Below, one piece after another: positions 1 to 12,079 of a stretch of 54,458 bases of DNA (positions are counted from its first letter, which is position 1; every line of letters starts with the position of its first letter). The stretch is from Octopus bimaculoides. Lineage: Eukaryota. Under the pieces are notes generated by a model. That model was given only the letters and a program-made list of their open reading frames with translations. It searched no databases and was not told where the DNA came from. The DNA is taken from positions 64,872,642 to 64,927,099 of the forward strand of contig NC_068990.1 in the NCBI RefSeq assembly GCF_001194135.2. The letters run 5' to 3'. The translations under genes and the position numbers were made by a program.

Positions 1-40
<40 letters not shown>

Positions 41-1307
41 GTAAAAAAAATTAAATGCGATTTGTGTCAAGTTTTAACAATGACTATTCATATTGTTCAA
101 TCAACCTATCTGCCTACACATATAGGATCTACAGCGTAATTGACTGGATTTCCAGTGTGTCATTTCCACCGTTAACGTGATTCTAAAGTAAAATTAATGC
201 GGTACAATGTGAGATTGCTGCCTCTTTGTGTCACAAAGGAAGTTCATCTAGCGAGCTTCCACGCAGTTTCCGTCCACCCAGTTAGATTCACAAAGCTTTA
301 CTTGACCCAAGGCTTTTGTAGATAATCGTCGCTGTTTGCTGCGCAGTGAGATCGACTCTTACGTTTCAAGATTGTTAATTGAAATTCTTTCTGCATCGAT
401 CTTTTCGTACGCTCATGCATATATGCTCAAAAATATTTAAATAAAGTGTCTCAAGATATGTCTGTGCTATCGTTCCATTTTAACTTGTAGTGTTCAGCAG
501 TTTTAACTGTAACTTTTAGAAGAAAACTTCATAATTTTTTTTGAAGCAAAATGGATGAAAACGTGTCATATGTTGTATGACGTCACTGGTTCTCTGTTGC
601 CTCGAAGTTAATATAGCAAATGTCTTTATACTATTTACAAGGTATCAACTGTATTTTCATTAAGGTGGTTTATGATGTATTTCCAATGCAAATGTAATTC
701 GAAACGTTTTGAACTAAAAGTAATCAAAATAGATCGTACAATGCTGAAAGATTTACTCTTGTCCTTTATTGCTGAGTTTGAAAGACTTCATATGCTGGTG
801 TAGTCGACTCTTAGATAAATATTCTATGAAACTGATATTTTATATATACTACTACAGTTTGCTTTTAGTTGTAATGGCCTGATGCACAATATATACTTAG
901 GCACTAGTTATCTAACGGAGTCGACTCAGTGTTTCGGTAATAATTGTTATCTTCTATTTGGTACGTGATATTGTGTTTCTACGGTTATGCAACGAAATGG
1001 TTTTCATATAAAAGGTATTGTGGAACAACTAAATTTTAGATTGTTCCAGTTGAATAATTTATTAACTTTCATATCTTTGTGGAAATGTTTTTGATCACGC
1101 TAATATAAATTACACTTCACGAAACTTTCTGCCTCACCATACTGAGCAAAGAGGTGTTTACACGAAAGAAAAAAAAGCAGTATCTAAGTAGATTGCTCAC
1201 GTTGTTTACTATATGCTATAATATATTTATATATATGCGTGTGAGTGTGTGCGTGTGTATACATATGTACATGTATATATATACATATATATGTATTTGT
1301 GTGTGTG

Positions 1308-1346
<39 letters not shown>

Positions 1347-1350
<4 letters not shown>

Positions 1351-1480
1351 CTGAGCATGTGCGTCTGTCTGTCTGTATATGTAAATCCCTAAAACTGAAG
1401 AAGTACCCAACAGATTTCATTCAAATTTTACACATGCATTACTTAGGGTCCATTTTCAACTTCTTGCCTAATGCCTATAT
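1347..1480 (+). mobile_element. Possible Helitron/DINE-like non-autonomous element fragment
   Basis: Pattern aaaactgag..gtctgtctgtctgt..aaaact..ccaacagatttcattcaaattttacac resembles the 5' part of rolling-circle non-autonomous elements; abuts the Tc1 at 1486. Confidence 0.35.
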
Positions 1481-1485
1481 ATATA

Positions 1486-2948
1486 CCGGGGTTAGACAAA
1501 ATAATGGAAACACCTTAAAATTGCAAGCAAATTTATTTTATTATGGGGTACAACCGCCTTTGGCAGTAAATACAGCTTGAATTCTATGAGGTATGGACTC
1601 GTACAAAGTTTGAATTGTTTCCAAAGAAATGTTTGTCCATTCCTCAGCTAAAACAGTCTCCAGTTCTTGTAATGATGATGGTGGAAGATATCGACTCCTT
1701 ATTTCTTTTTTCTAAAATGCACCATAAATGTTCGATAATATTGAGATCTGGGGACTGTGATGACCAGATATCATGTTCAACTTCACAAGAATGTTCCTTG
1801 TGCCATTCAGTAACAACTTTAGCTGTGTGAATTGGTGCATTATCATCCTGAAAGATTGCGTTTCCCTCCGGAAACAGTTCCGCAACCATAGGATGAATTT
1901 GATCAGTTAAAATGCTTAAATAGTCTTGACTATTAATTCTACCATGAAGGGAAATCGTTGGGCCGGCGGATTTCCAANNNNNNNNNNNNNNNNNNNNNNN
2001 NNNNNNNNNNNNNNNNNNNNNNNNNNNNNNNNNNNNNNNNNNNNNNNNNNNNNNNNNNNNNNNNNNNNNNNNNNNNNNNNNNNNNNNNNNNNNNNNNNNN
2101 NNNNNNNNNNNNNNNNNNNNNNNNNNNNNNNNNNNNNNNNNNNNNNNNNNNNNNNNNNNNNNNNNNNNNNNNNNNNNNNNNNNNNNNNNNNNNNNNNNNN
2201 NNNNNNNNNNNNNNNNNNNNNNNNNNNNNNNNNNNNNNNNNNNNNNNNNNNNNNNNNNNNNNNNNNNNNNNNNNNNNNNNNNNNNNNNNNNNNNNNNNNN
2301 NNNNNNNNNNNNNNNNNNNNNNNNNNNNNNNNNNNNNNNNNNNNNNNNNNNNNNNNNNNNNNNNNNNNNNNNNNNNNNNNNNNNNNNNNNNNNNNNNNNN
2401 NNNNNNNNNNNNNNNNNNNNNNNNNNNNNNNNNNNNNNNNNNNNNNNNNNNNNNNNNNNNNNNNNNNNNNNNNNNNNNNNNNNNNNNNNNNNNNNNNNNN
2501 NNNNNNNNNNNNNNNNNNNNNNNNNNNNNNNNNNNNNNNNNNNNNNNNNNNNNNNNNNNNNNNNNNNNNNNNNNNNNNNNNNNNNNNNNNNNNNNNNNNN
2601 NNNNNNNNNNNNNNNNNNNNNNNNNNNNNNNNNNNNNNNNNNNNNNNNNNNNNGTACTTCTTGATACACCAAACATTTCGGCTGTTTTCGCTACGCTAGC
2701 GCCTACCATACGAGTACCAACAATTTGACCTCTTTGAAAGTCCGATAGATCTGTCATTTTAATGAATTTTAATTAACTTTTTCTGATGATATCTGAAAAG
2801 AAACAGCAATTTTAGCAAAACATATTAAGCAACACTAATAATAAATAAATAAAAACATAAAAATAAACAAGCTTTTGACGGTTTTATTGATATTTCAAAA
2901 TTATGATGTTATGATGCTAGTTGTTTCCATTATTTTGTCCAACCCCTG
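1486..2948 (-). mobile_element. Tc1-like transposon, D36E spacing, frameshifted, partly in N-gap
   Basis: 27-bp TIRs (ccggggttagacaaaataatggaaaca at 1486; tgtttccattattttgtccaacccctg ending 2948; 2 mismatches); TA on the left. Peptides MTDLSDFQRGQIVG (paired-type N-terminus) and FQDDNAPIH...SPDLNIIEHLW. Confidence 0.92.
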
Positions 2949-4589
2949 TTTGTATGTATGTATGTATGTATGTATGTATGTATGTATGTATGTATGTGTG
3001 TATGTATGTATGTATAGTTAAACACCTCGAGGCTGTAACTTCCTATCGAGGAAGACAAAAGTAACAAAGCGGGCGATATTGGTTATTTGTACTTTTACAA
3101 TGGAGATATCTATTTACAAACATATACAAACAGCAAAAACCAAAATAAAATATACAAAAGGGAAGAGAAGTGTAAAAGGAATAAAACAAAAGAAAATGGG
3201 ATCAGTTAATAAATATCTCTTTATAAAGGACGTTTTTCTAGGGGTTTTTTTGTTACATTTTGTTGCTCGTTTTTGTTACTTATTTGGCACACCTTGGCGG
3301 GAGAAGTGAATTGCATACACATATCAATGTGTTTACCGGAAACAGTCGCTTATATGAATGACCACTTTTAAAATATCTGTACTAAAGGATGTGCTGTCAC
3401 TATCAGTGTATGTTTGTGCGTCTAAAATTATTTATACGTATATACGCGTATATATTTACGTTTGTGTTTTGCGTGTATACATACGTATTTAGATACGAAT
3501 AAACAAATACACACACGTTCCAAAACTGGAAATGTTCTATTTGTTTGACCGATGTCTACCCTATAAATGATGTCGGTTCAGTTGCCATGCCTTAGGTCAT
3601 TGTTAGTCAGCATAATTATCTTAACAGTCATTTCTGTATGAGGGTGGTACCAAGCTGGAGCTGTTCTATTGGAGGTCAGAGTTATTTCTTTTGACTAATT
3701 CTGTTTTGATCCCAGCGGTCTTGGAACCGATCTGTGGCCAAAAGCATTCCAGTCGTTATCGTCCCATATTCATGTTTCATTCACTGACGGAGATTGCTTG
3801 TTAAATCCAGTAGGACGAGTAAACGCATCGAGGTTCTCCCGTTGATTTGTTGTATGTGTTGATGATCTTGTTAAGCCTCAGTAAAGATCGTACAGATCTG
3901 TGGTTGAAGTCATTCAGACTGTGGCTAACCTGGCATTGTCCAATATATCCTTTCTGTTTGAAGAAGGCTGGCTGTGACTTAAAGACATTTAATGGCTATT
4001 TCTATCAGTTCGAGCAACCGAAAACAGGCTTCCCGTTGCGATATAATATAGAAAATAATTAGAAGCAGTTATAGTTATAATCTTAATTTTCATTCAACAA
4101 CACCCCCTACTCCCACGAAGTATTAGGATCGAAACCAGTATCTTGTAGTTAACAGGTTAATAATTTACATCCGAACGTCAGTACAATTAATGCGACACTC
4201 AGTGCAACTGTGGCACTGTGACTACGTGATAGGCATCTTGTGTTATACATTTTGAACATCCAAGGTGTGCCAAGGAATTTGATAGCTATTTCTCATGGAA
4301 ACACCAGAGAAAAGGGGGCGTTAGAATAGAATGCCTTTCAATATAAACATGATCATAAACACGTATGTGCATTTTATTCAGGTAAGCACATATAATATAT
4401 ACACGCATGCACGCACACACACACACATACACACACACATATACACATACACACATATATATGTATCCATGTTATTTTCTTTTGATTTTTTCTTTCATAT
4501 ATACAATCACACCATCCAACCACACACACAAATACAGACACACACACCCATATACACATGATATACACATACACATCAAGCTTAAAAAG

Positions 4590-4682
4590 AAAATAAATAC
4601 TAGGGTCGATTCGTTCGACTACAATTCCTCAAGGCACTGCCCCAGCATGGCCGCTGTCTGATGACTGAAACAAGTAAAAGAT
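4590..4682 (+). mobile_element. SINE family 1, 3' end fragment
   Basis: gggtcgatt..cagcatggccgc..atgactgaaacaagtaaaag matches the 3' ends of the copies at 10044 and 18063. Confidence 0.8.
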
Positions 4683-4683
4683 A

Positions 4684-5376
4684 CAGTACTGTGCAAAAGT
4701 TGCTGAAGGACAATTTGGTACCAGACTTAGATGAAGGTGAGATAGATTTTTCAGCATGACGGTGCTCCATTTCATAAATCGCACGCAACACAACAGAGTC
4801 TGGCTGATGAAGGTGTTACCGTATTTAAAGATTGGCCAGCTCAGAGCCCTGACTGAAATATCATCGAGCGAACGTGGACAAAACTAAAAAGAAGAGTTCG
4901 TTAGAAGAATCCATGCATCCTTGAAGAGTTCTGAAAGCTCAGCCACAGAGAATGGTATCTCATACCTATGAAGATGGTGAAGGATTTGTACGCATCTCTT
5001 TCCAGGTGCATTGAAGCAATAATTCAAGCTAAGAGAAGTCACAAGAAATATTAACAATATACAGTAACTTCTTGAAATGAACATTATGTAATAAATTTTC
5101 ATTACAGGCATTTTTCTGTTTTAAAATGCTGTATCTTGATTGGTTTGTGTAAGGTGGCTGAAAACTTTTGCACGGCCGTTTTTTGGTGGTCGTCTTGCAT
5201 CTTCCCCTCTCTTTCATAACCCCTACTACAAAATATAACGATTAGGTATGGAAATGACTCCAACAGGGCCAATGTTTCATCTGCAAAAAACGCAATGCAA
5301 AACATCCACTTATAAGTTGACAATTAGTAGAAATTTACAATAGTTTAAAGTGGCCGAAGGCTTTTGCACGGTACTG
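4684..5376 (+). mobile_element. Rearranged, internally deleted Tc1-like element (D35E spacing)
   Basis: TA|cagtactgtgcaaaag ... cttttgcacggtactg|TA. Plus-strand peptide FQHDGAPFH...WPAQSPD*NIIE; a third TIR copy lies at ~5155-5176. Confidence 0.85.
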
Positions 5377-5527
5377 TATGATGGCTTAGCTGACTAAAAC
5401 TTTGAAGTCATCGTGAATACGATTCATGTAAAAGGATAATAAACTTTACTCTGCCAAATGTATTAACTAATCTTTTAATTAAATGTTAAGTAATTCTTAT
5501 TATACCATTAAACACACACGCACGCAC

Positions 5528-5584
<57 letters not shown>

Positions 5585-6071
5585 CGATGTCCGATCAATT
5601 CGTCGACGACAATTTGTCGTCGCTAATTTGTCCCCAGTGTCAATTCGTCGCGGGTCAATTCGTCCCCACGTCAATTCGTCGTCCGTCAATTCGTCGTCCG
5701 TCAAATCGTCGCTAAATTACATATTTATTTTTTCTTAAAATTTCAGATTGTGTGCAGTTGGTTTTAGAAAAATAATTTTGGGGCTTGGATCATATTTTTC
5801 CATGACAATTTTTATACGCGGGTTCATATCGCTGTATTTTTTCTTTTGGCTTGGTTCTTCTCGTTGCATAAACTCCTGCAATTTGGTACTGGCAAACCTT
5901 TCCTCAAATTTAATCACATCAATAAGTTTCCAAATATTTGGATACTAATATTCACTGTGTCTTTCAGCGCGCTGTGCTAGGTTTCTAAACTATTTGTAGT
6001 ACGAGCAATCCCCGTCATACATCGATGCCAAACATTCCATATAGGTTATGGAAATGGAGGCTCAAGGCCTG

Positions 6072-6154
6072 CTCTGTCCTCTAGCCTTTCGCCTCCTCTG
6101 TCCTCTAGCCTTTCGCCTCCTCTGTCCTCTAGCCTTTCGCCTCCTCTGTCCTCT
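6072..6154. repeat. 24-bp tandem repeat (3 copies plus partial) inside the MULE coding region
   Basis: Unit ctctgtcctctagcctttcgcctc at 6072, 6096 and 6120. Confidence 0.9.
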
Positions 6155-6164
6155 TCCTCTTGGT

Positions 6165-6260
6165 CAGTGTTACCCAACCTTTTCACAATGGTTCCCAACA
6201 GCGATTCCCAACCCTTTTATTTAAATGAGTTTTCCTACGGACCCATTTTAATATGCTTAT

Positions 6261-6297
<37 letters not shown>

Positions 6298-6370
6298 TTT
6301 GAATTTAGCTCACGGAGCCCCAGTACTACCTTTGCAAACCACCAGGTGTCTACGGACTCCAGGTTCACTG
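6165..6370. mobile_element. hAT-type MITE inserted in the MULE transposase
   Basis: Ends cagtg...cactg; left end cagtgttacccaacctttt. Flanking 8-mers ctcttggt and ctcaaggt (6/8) fit an 8-bp TSD. Confidence 0.7.
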
Positions 6371-7734
6371 CTCAAGGTTGTCATATATAACTATTTTCAA
6401 AACAGGATGCAATTGGCTGTGGAATAGCATCATCTACAAGTTGTTCATATCCATCTACATCATCAACCGGCAGGAAGGCAAGGGCCAAAAAACACCGCAT
6501 TTTTAGACTAAAACTGTCATCTTCGTGATATTTGCATTTTAGTCCTTCTTGCACAACATGCTTGTACACATTTTGTCCTAAATGAAACAAGCAACATGCC
6601 AAATTCGACCAAGAAAATGATTCCAAAAATCCGTTATGGAGTGCTTTTTCGAAATCCAAAATTATATTATCAGGTACCTCATTCTGCAGTAATTCATTTA
6701 TTTTAGCAAAAAGTCTATTTACGTGTCTTGACTTTGGTCAGAGAGCAATGCGCACAATCGTTGGGCATTAAAATTATCAATTTGAATGTGAAGTATATAT
6801 AACTGAAAAAATATACTTGATCAGTACTTAAATGTTCCATCGGCCGCCCAGTTCTTGTGCTGGTTTAACGGTCGAAGTGCTTCGTCACTTGCAAATATTA
6901 GTATTCGTTTTGAATCTTCCGTCCCGCTGTCATACTGTAAAAACTCTTCGTCATTGTCAAGGTAGGAGTATTCATTTGGAATGGAAAACCCAACATTTGT
7001 AAGTGGGGTGGCAGGATAGTTGGAATCAGATTGCCTCCAGCGTCAAATATTCCTTTGAAGTTGTGCAAACGGAGATATTTGCGACAGTGTACAGTCGTTT
7101 AAATTCTGATCTTCAATAGCGATAATTGAGCGAGGGGAATCACGAGATTAAATAGACTTTACTTTAATATTAGAAACTATTTATCCATGCATTTACCTCT
7201 GCAGTAGTTGAAGCGTGATTATGGATCTCAATCTTCTCAAGCTCTTTATAATTTTCATCTGTATGAAGTCTCACCTTACACACACAATTTTCGCACCTCC
7301 AGTATATCTTCATTCCATCTGCATTCTGCTTATTTTTTGTGTATCTATAATTTTTTTGATCGACGACTGATTTATCTTTTCTGTAAAGTTATGATCTTGC
7401 ATATAGTCATGTTGATGGGTAGGCGTATTGAATAAATTTTATTTGAGTTGCTTGAAAATTACATTTAAGAGTATTTTGGAAAGAATTGCCCATTTACGAA
7501 TTGACCGGGGACAAATTAACTGACGACAAAATAACTGGGGACGAATTATCCTAGCACCATATATATGCATGTATGTATGTATATATATATATATATATAT
7601 ATAACACCAACAAAGGAGATGTAAACCGCAATGAAAAGCACCAAATATGGCCAAATTTTGATTGTGATATTGCTTACACGGTAACAACGTAGGAAAATGA
7701 AGTCAGAACTGGCATATATATAAATAAATATAAT

Positions 7735-8070
7735 AAATGCTCATGAAGAGAAAAATCAAAATGCCCATTGATGAACCTCTGTATGAGTACAAATCTTGTA
7801 TATAAGTGTACCGTGCACACAAGGGAAGAGCCGTATGTTTACATTGGACAAACGGCTGATTCATTCAAGAATCGTTGTCGCTGCCATGTTGCCAGCTTCA
7901 AGAAAATCAATAACAGACATTCAACATCTTCGACCGATTTTGTGTAGAGACTTAAGGAAGATCAAATTAAGTATAACATAACTTGGTCCATAGTAAGGCA
8001 GGCAAAGCCATATAATATAATTTCCAGGAGATGCCAATTCTGCTCCGAGAAATCCCTGTTTATTTTGTCT
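7735..8070 (+). mobile_element. Penelope-like element, GIY-YIG endonuclease remnant
   Basis: Translation CPLMNLCMSTNLVYKCTV...YVYIGQTADSFKNR..H..SF...ITWSIV..AKPY....RCQFCSEK. Confidence 0.85.
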
Positions 8071-8307
8071 ATTCTTTTTTTTTCTTTTTGCTGTATTGCG
8101 TGTTCGTTTCTTTTTTTTTTTTGCATATGTTATTTTAATATTGATCTTCTATATTAATGAAGCTATAACCTTTAATTTGCTGCTTTTCTTTACACAAAAC
8201 GAGAAGATACATCGCGGAACTGTTATTTTAACGAGTTTTATCTATTTATTACCCGAAGAGACACATCTGCACCGTCATATGCTCCTGAACCAGTTATTAA
8301 GTATCCC

Positions 8308-8350
8308 ACCCATGAGGAATCGATGCTAGATGGTCGAAACAATTGTAGTG
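8308..8350 (+). ncRNA. Degenerate minimal type I hammerhead motif (Penelope pLTR-type)
   Basis: cac-ccatga-[stem II]-GAAAC-aatt-GTA-gtg. Palindromic loop III, but the CUGAUGA box is damaged. Confidence 0.4.
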
Positions 8351-8430
8351 ATTAATAAAATTTCCCGTATTTTCCATACTCCGTCTCTTATTTACCACAC
8401 ATATATTTGTGTGCGTGCGCGTGTGTGTGT

Positions 8431-8777
8431 GGTGGTGCAATGGCCCAGTGATTAGGGCAGCGGACTTGCGGTCATAGGATCGCGGTTTCGATCCCCAGAC
8501 CGGGCATTGCGAGTGTTTATTGAGCAAAAACACCTAAAGCTCCACAAGGCTCCGACAGGGGGTGGTGGCGAACCCTGCTGTACTCTTTCACCACAACTTT
8601 CTCTCACTCTTTGTTTCTGTTGTATCTGTATTTCGAAGGGCCAGCCTTGTCACACTCTGTATCACGCTGAATCTCCCCGAGAAGTACGTTAATGGTACAC
8701 GTGTCTGTGGAGTACTCAGCCACTTGTACGTTAATTTCACAAGCATGCTGTTCCGTTGATCGGATCAACTGGAACCC
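8431..8777 (+). mobile_element. SINE family 2 (tRNA-derived), 3' end in gap
   Basis: A-box tggcccagtg and B-box ggtttcgatccc; body matches the copies at 31581 and 51865. Confidence 0.88.
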
Positions 8778-9182
8778 NNNNNNNNNNNNNNNNNNNNNNN
8801 NNNNNNNNNNNNNNNNNNNNNNNNNNNNNNNNNNNNNNNNNNNNNNNNNNNNNNNNNNNNNNNNNNNNNNNNNNNNNNNNNNNNNNNNNNNNNNNNNNNN
8901 NNNNNNNNNNNNNNNNNNNNNNNNNNNNNNNNNNNNNNNNNNNNNNNNNNNNNNNNNNNNNNNNNNNNNNNNNNNNNNNNNNNNNNNNNNNNNNNNNNNN
9001 NNNNNNNNNNNNNNNNNNNNNNNNNNNNNNNNNNNNNNNNNNNNNNNNNNNNNNNNNNNNNNNNNNNNNNNNNNNNNNNNNNNNNNNNNNNNNNNNNNNN
9101 NNNNNNNNNNNNNNNNNNNNNNNNNNNNNNNNNNNNNNNNNNNNNNNNNNNNNNNNNNNNNNNNNNNNNNNNNNNNNNNNNN

Positions 9183-9213
<31 letters not shown>

Positions 9214-9289
9214 ATGAGAGACTCTCTTGTGAGTGTGTGTGTGTTTATGGGGCGGGGTGTACAATGCTGAATGGTCATTGACTCTCATG

Positions 9290-11640
9290 AGTTTACCCTT
9301 TGACTTGTTTTGCTTTCATCACACGTGGTGTCCAAAAATCTCCCTCCTCGCTAAGCAAACTTTGTAGGTTTGCCAGTTTACGTTCCTGACTTGACCACTG
9401 ATCATATGAAATGTACGGGTTATTTGCTACCAGCAGCGCTCGAGAGCGACCCTCCCGTTCACATGCAAAACTGGTTGGTAATAACCCTTATAAAATACAA
9501 AAAAAATTATAAAGCTGGCTCAATCAGATTCTGTAAATGGCAATAACGCCTTGAGATCCAAAGATGAATAGGCCTAGCTCGGTAAGTGTCTCGGCCTGTC
9601 ATAAGCCGGGCCCCGTCTCATCCCGGTACTATAACGAATATGAGAAAATACGAAATCGAAACAGACATATCAGCACAAAATGCATTTGGCCTTTTGGAAT
9701 GTGTCCACACATACTAATAACAAGAAAGAGAAGAGCGCAGGAAGGCACAGAGCATTTGTTATTCATGACTCAAATGTCATCACATTCATGTAGCAACTCT
9801 GTGCGAAACACGTCTCCGCGATATCGGACAACTCACTGAAGATAAAAGTTAATAAAGATACTTTTGTAAAGGCCTTCCTGGAGGGAAAAATAGCGAATCG
9901 GATGCAGGTTTTGCAATAAAAATCACAATTGTATCGTCACTTAAAGAATACCCATGTGATTTATCACAAAGAATTATTTCCTTTCGCATAGAACTGAAGA
10001 ATAACATGTTTCCATTGAAAGTGTAGATGCACTATGTCACATAGGCGTAGGAGTGGCTGTATGGTAAGCAGCTTGCTTACCAAACACATGGTTCTGGGTT
10101 CAGTCCCACTGCGTGGCACCTTGGGCAAGTGTCTTCTACTATAGCCTAGGGCCGACCAAAGCCTTGTGGGTGGATTTGGTAGACAGAAACTGAAAGAAGC
10201 CCGTCGTATATATGTATATATATATATATATGTATGTGTGTGTATATGTTCGCGTGTCTGTGTTTGTCCTCCGCCCAACATCGCTTGACAACCGATGCTG
10301 GTGTGTTTACGTCCCCGTAACTTAGCGGTTCGGCAAAAGAGAACGATAGAATAAGTACTAGTACTAAGTCCTGGGGTCGATTTGCTCGACTAAATGCGGT
10401 GCTCCAGCATGGCCGCAGTCAAATGACTGAAACAGGTAAAAGAGTAGAGTATATCCTAGAATCTGTAGAACTATTCTATAGTGAACATATGATAATACGA
10501 AGTGATTTTCAAACTTGGTCGGTTCTTCAGAAGCAAGATTTAGGAAAATCTAATCGTAATGGTTTAACTATCTTAACGTTTTGAACTGAATACAATCTTT
10601 TTATCTCCATTACGTTTTTCAGTTCCAAAAATAAGAACAAAGCTACTTGGATGCATCCAAGAGCTAAGTACTAACACCTATAAGACTATGTTGTAATCCG
10701 CACATTCTTAGTATAGGGCGATGAGTGAGACAGAATCTGGACTGATCACAGATTTGTGCGTGCCAAAGTTGGTTTACATTTGAAATCAAAAAATAGTTAT
10801 TGCACCTTTAATATTTCCTCAAAAGTTAAATGTTATTCGTGACATCATCCTTGGAGTGGAAGACTTATGAAATGATTTTAAAAGAGGATCTATGAAGCAG
10901 TATCAGCAACATTTGTTTTCAGAGCCTGGGAAGTTGCTGACTTGTTTGTGGGAAATGATGCAGCAAATTGGGAGTTGCTTCAGAGGAAACAAAAACTTAA
11001 TGGACAACGTCTTACTTCATCCCTCAATTCTAATGGTAATGAATAGTCTGAGAAAAACGAAAGATAATCGGTGGTGCGAAAAAGCAAGTGCTGTGTGACA
11101 GCTGATAGGAAAGATTCTAAAAGGTTTATATACTTTTATAAGGGAGATGCTTGAGCCGGAATCATCAAATATTTCACCTGTGCACTTAAAAGATGATTCA
11201 AAACTTAATAAAAATAACACATCTATTCGAAAGCACAGGGTGGAGCATTACTCAGAACTTCGCAATATATACCTTCTGGAGTCAACATAAATTCAATCAA
11301 TTTTATTTAACTGTGACCCATCAGAGAGAAACTGGCATCAACATTATCAGTAGAGGATTTAAGACGAACAGTAAAAAAGAAACTGAATAACATTCAGTCC
11401 CCTGATGTGGATGGCATAAATCTGGAACTTTTTTAACGCGGAGGGGACAAAATGATTGCCTTTCTTCACTCATTGATTGTTTTTCACTCAAATGAAGAGG
11501 TCCCACGGGACTGGGTGCACGTAGTTCTTATATCATTATCCAAACCAGGTTCAAAAGTTTCATGCGGAAATTTTTATGGAATATCCCTTTTATCAGCTGT
11601 GGGAAAAGTGCTGGCCCATATAATTTTGCAACGAACTAAA
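9290..11640 (+). mobile_element. RTE (BovB-like) LINE, 5' half, decayed, interrupted by a SINE
   Basis: APE endonuclease motifs LAFWNV, LCETRL, GKSNRNG and ATWMHPR; RT start GNFYGISLLSAVGKVLA. Many stops and frameshifts. Confidence 0.8.
10044..10450 (+). mobile_element. SINE family 1, full length
   Basis: Head ggcgtaggagtggctgtatggtaag..gggttcagtccc, central TA/TG microsatellite, tail aaatgactgaaacaggtaaaagagt. Confidence 0.9.
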
Positions 11641-12079
11641 TAGAAGCCACTCGGATGGATTGCACCTGTAATATGTTTATCGATGTGTGAAAGACCTTTT
11701 TGAATTTATCTAACTGATTAAATGATTTCTGTGATAGCATCTGTTATTGCTATTGTTGTATATCTTCAGCAGGAGCAGCATGACATTTGTTACTGGTTTT
11801 CGTTGTACGTGAGAATCCTGAGAACATTATTTTGTCTATCTGTCTGCGTGTCTGTCTCTCATTTATTGTCACCAAACTTTAACTTTTTGAACCATTGGCA
11901 AAATTATCTATCAGCAACAAAGATAAACTTTTGTCCAAGTATCTGCTATCAGGATGTGGTTATGTCAAAAGTTGAGCTATAGTTTGTAATATTGATTGCT
12001 TCGTCAACAGATTAAACTACATCTGTAATTTTGTTCTCGCTCGGAAATTAACGAGTTTGGAGGTTTATGGTGTTATCCG

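Larger units (their letters stand above)
5585..7559 (-). mobile_element. Mutator-like (MULE) transposon, decayed
   Basis: Minus-strand peptides WAADGTFK, DFEKA...CLFHLGQ and RTTNSLE...PNIWKLID. Both ends carry inverted arrays of caattcgtc-type subterminal repeats; flanked by TATATA on both sides. Confidence 0.88.

Noticed and set aside
5597-5712. Regularly spaced short repeats resembling a CRISPR-like array
   Set aside because: The units are 9-15 bp with no unique spacers, and they mirror the other end of the MULE as subterminal repeats.
8431-8505. tRNA-like sequence with A and B boxes
   Set aside because: It continues into a SINE body found three times in the window; it is a SINE head, not a tRNA gene.
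9307-9361. HDV-like ribozyme at the RTE 5' end (cctcctcgc L3-like motif, possible G-U-closed P1)
   Set aside because: P3, the P1.1 GG, J4/2 and P2 could not be formed; only a consensus-level search could rescue it.
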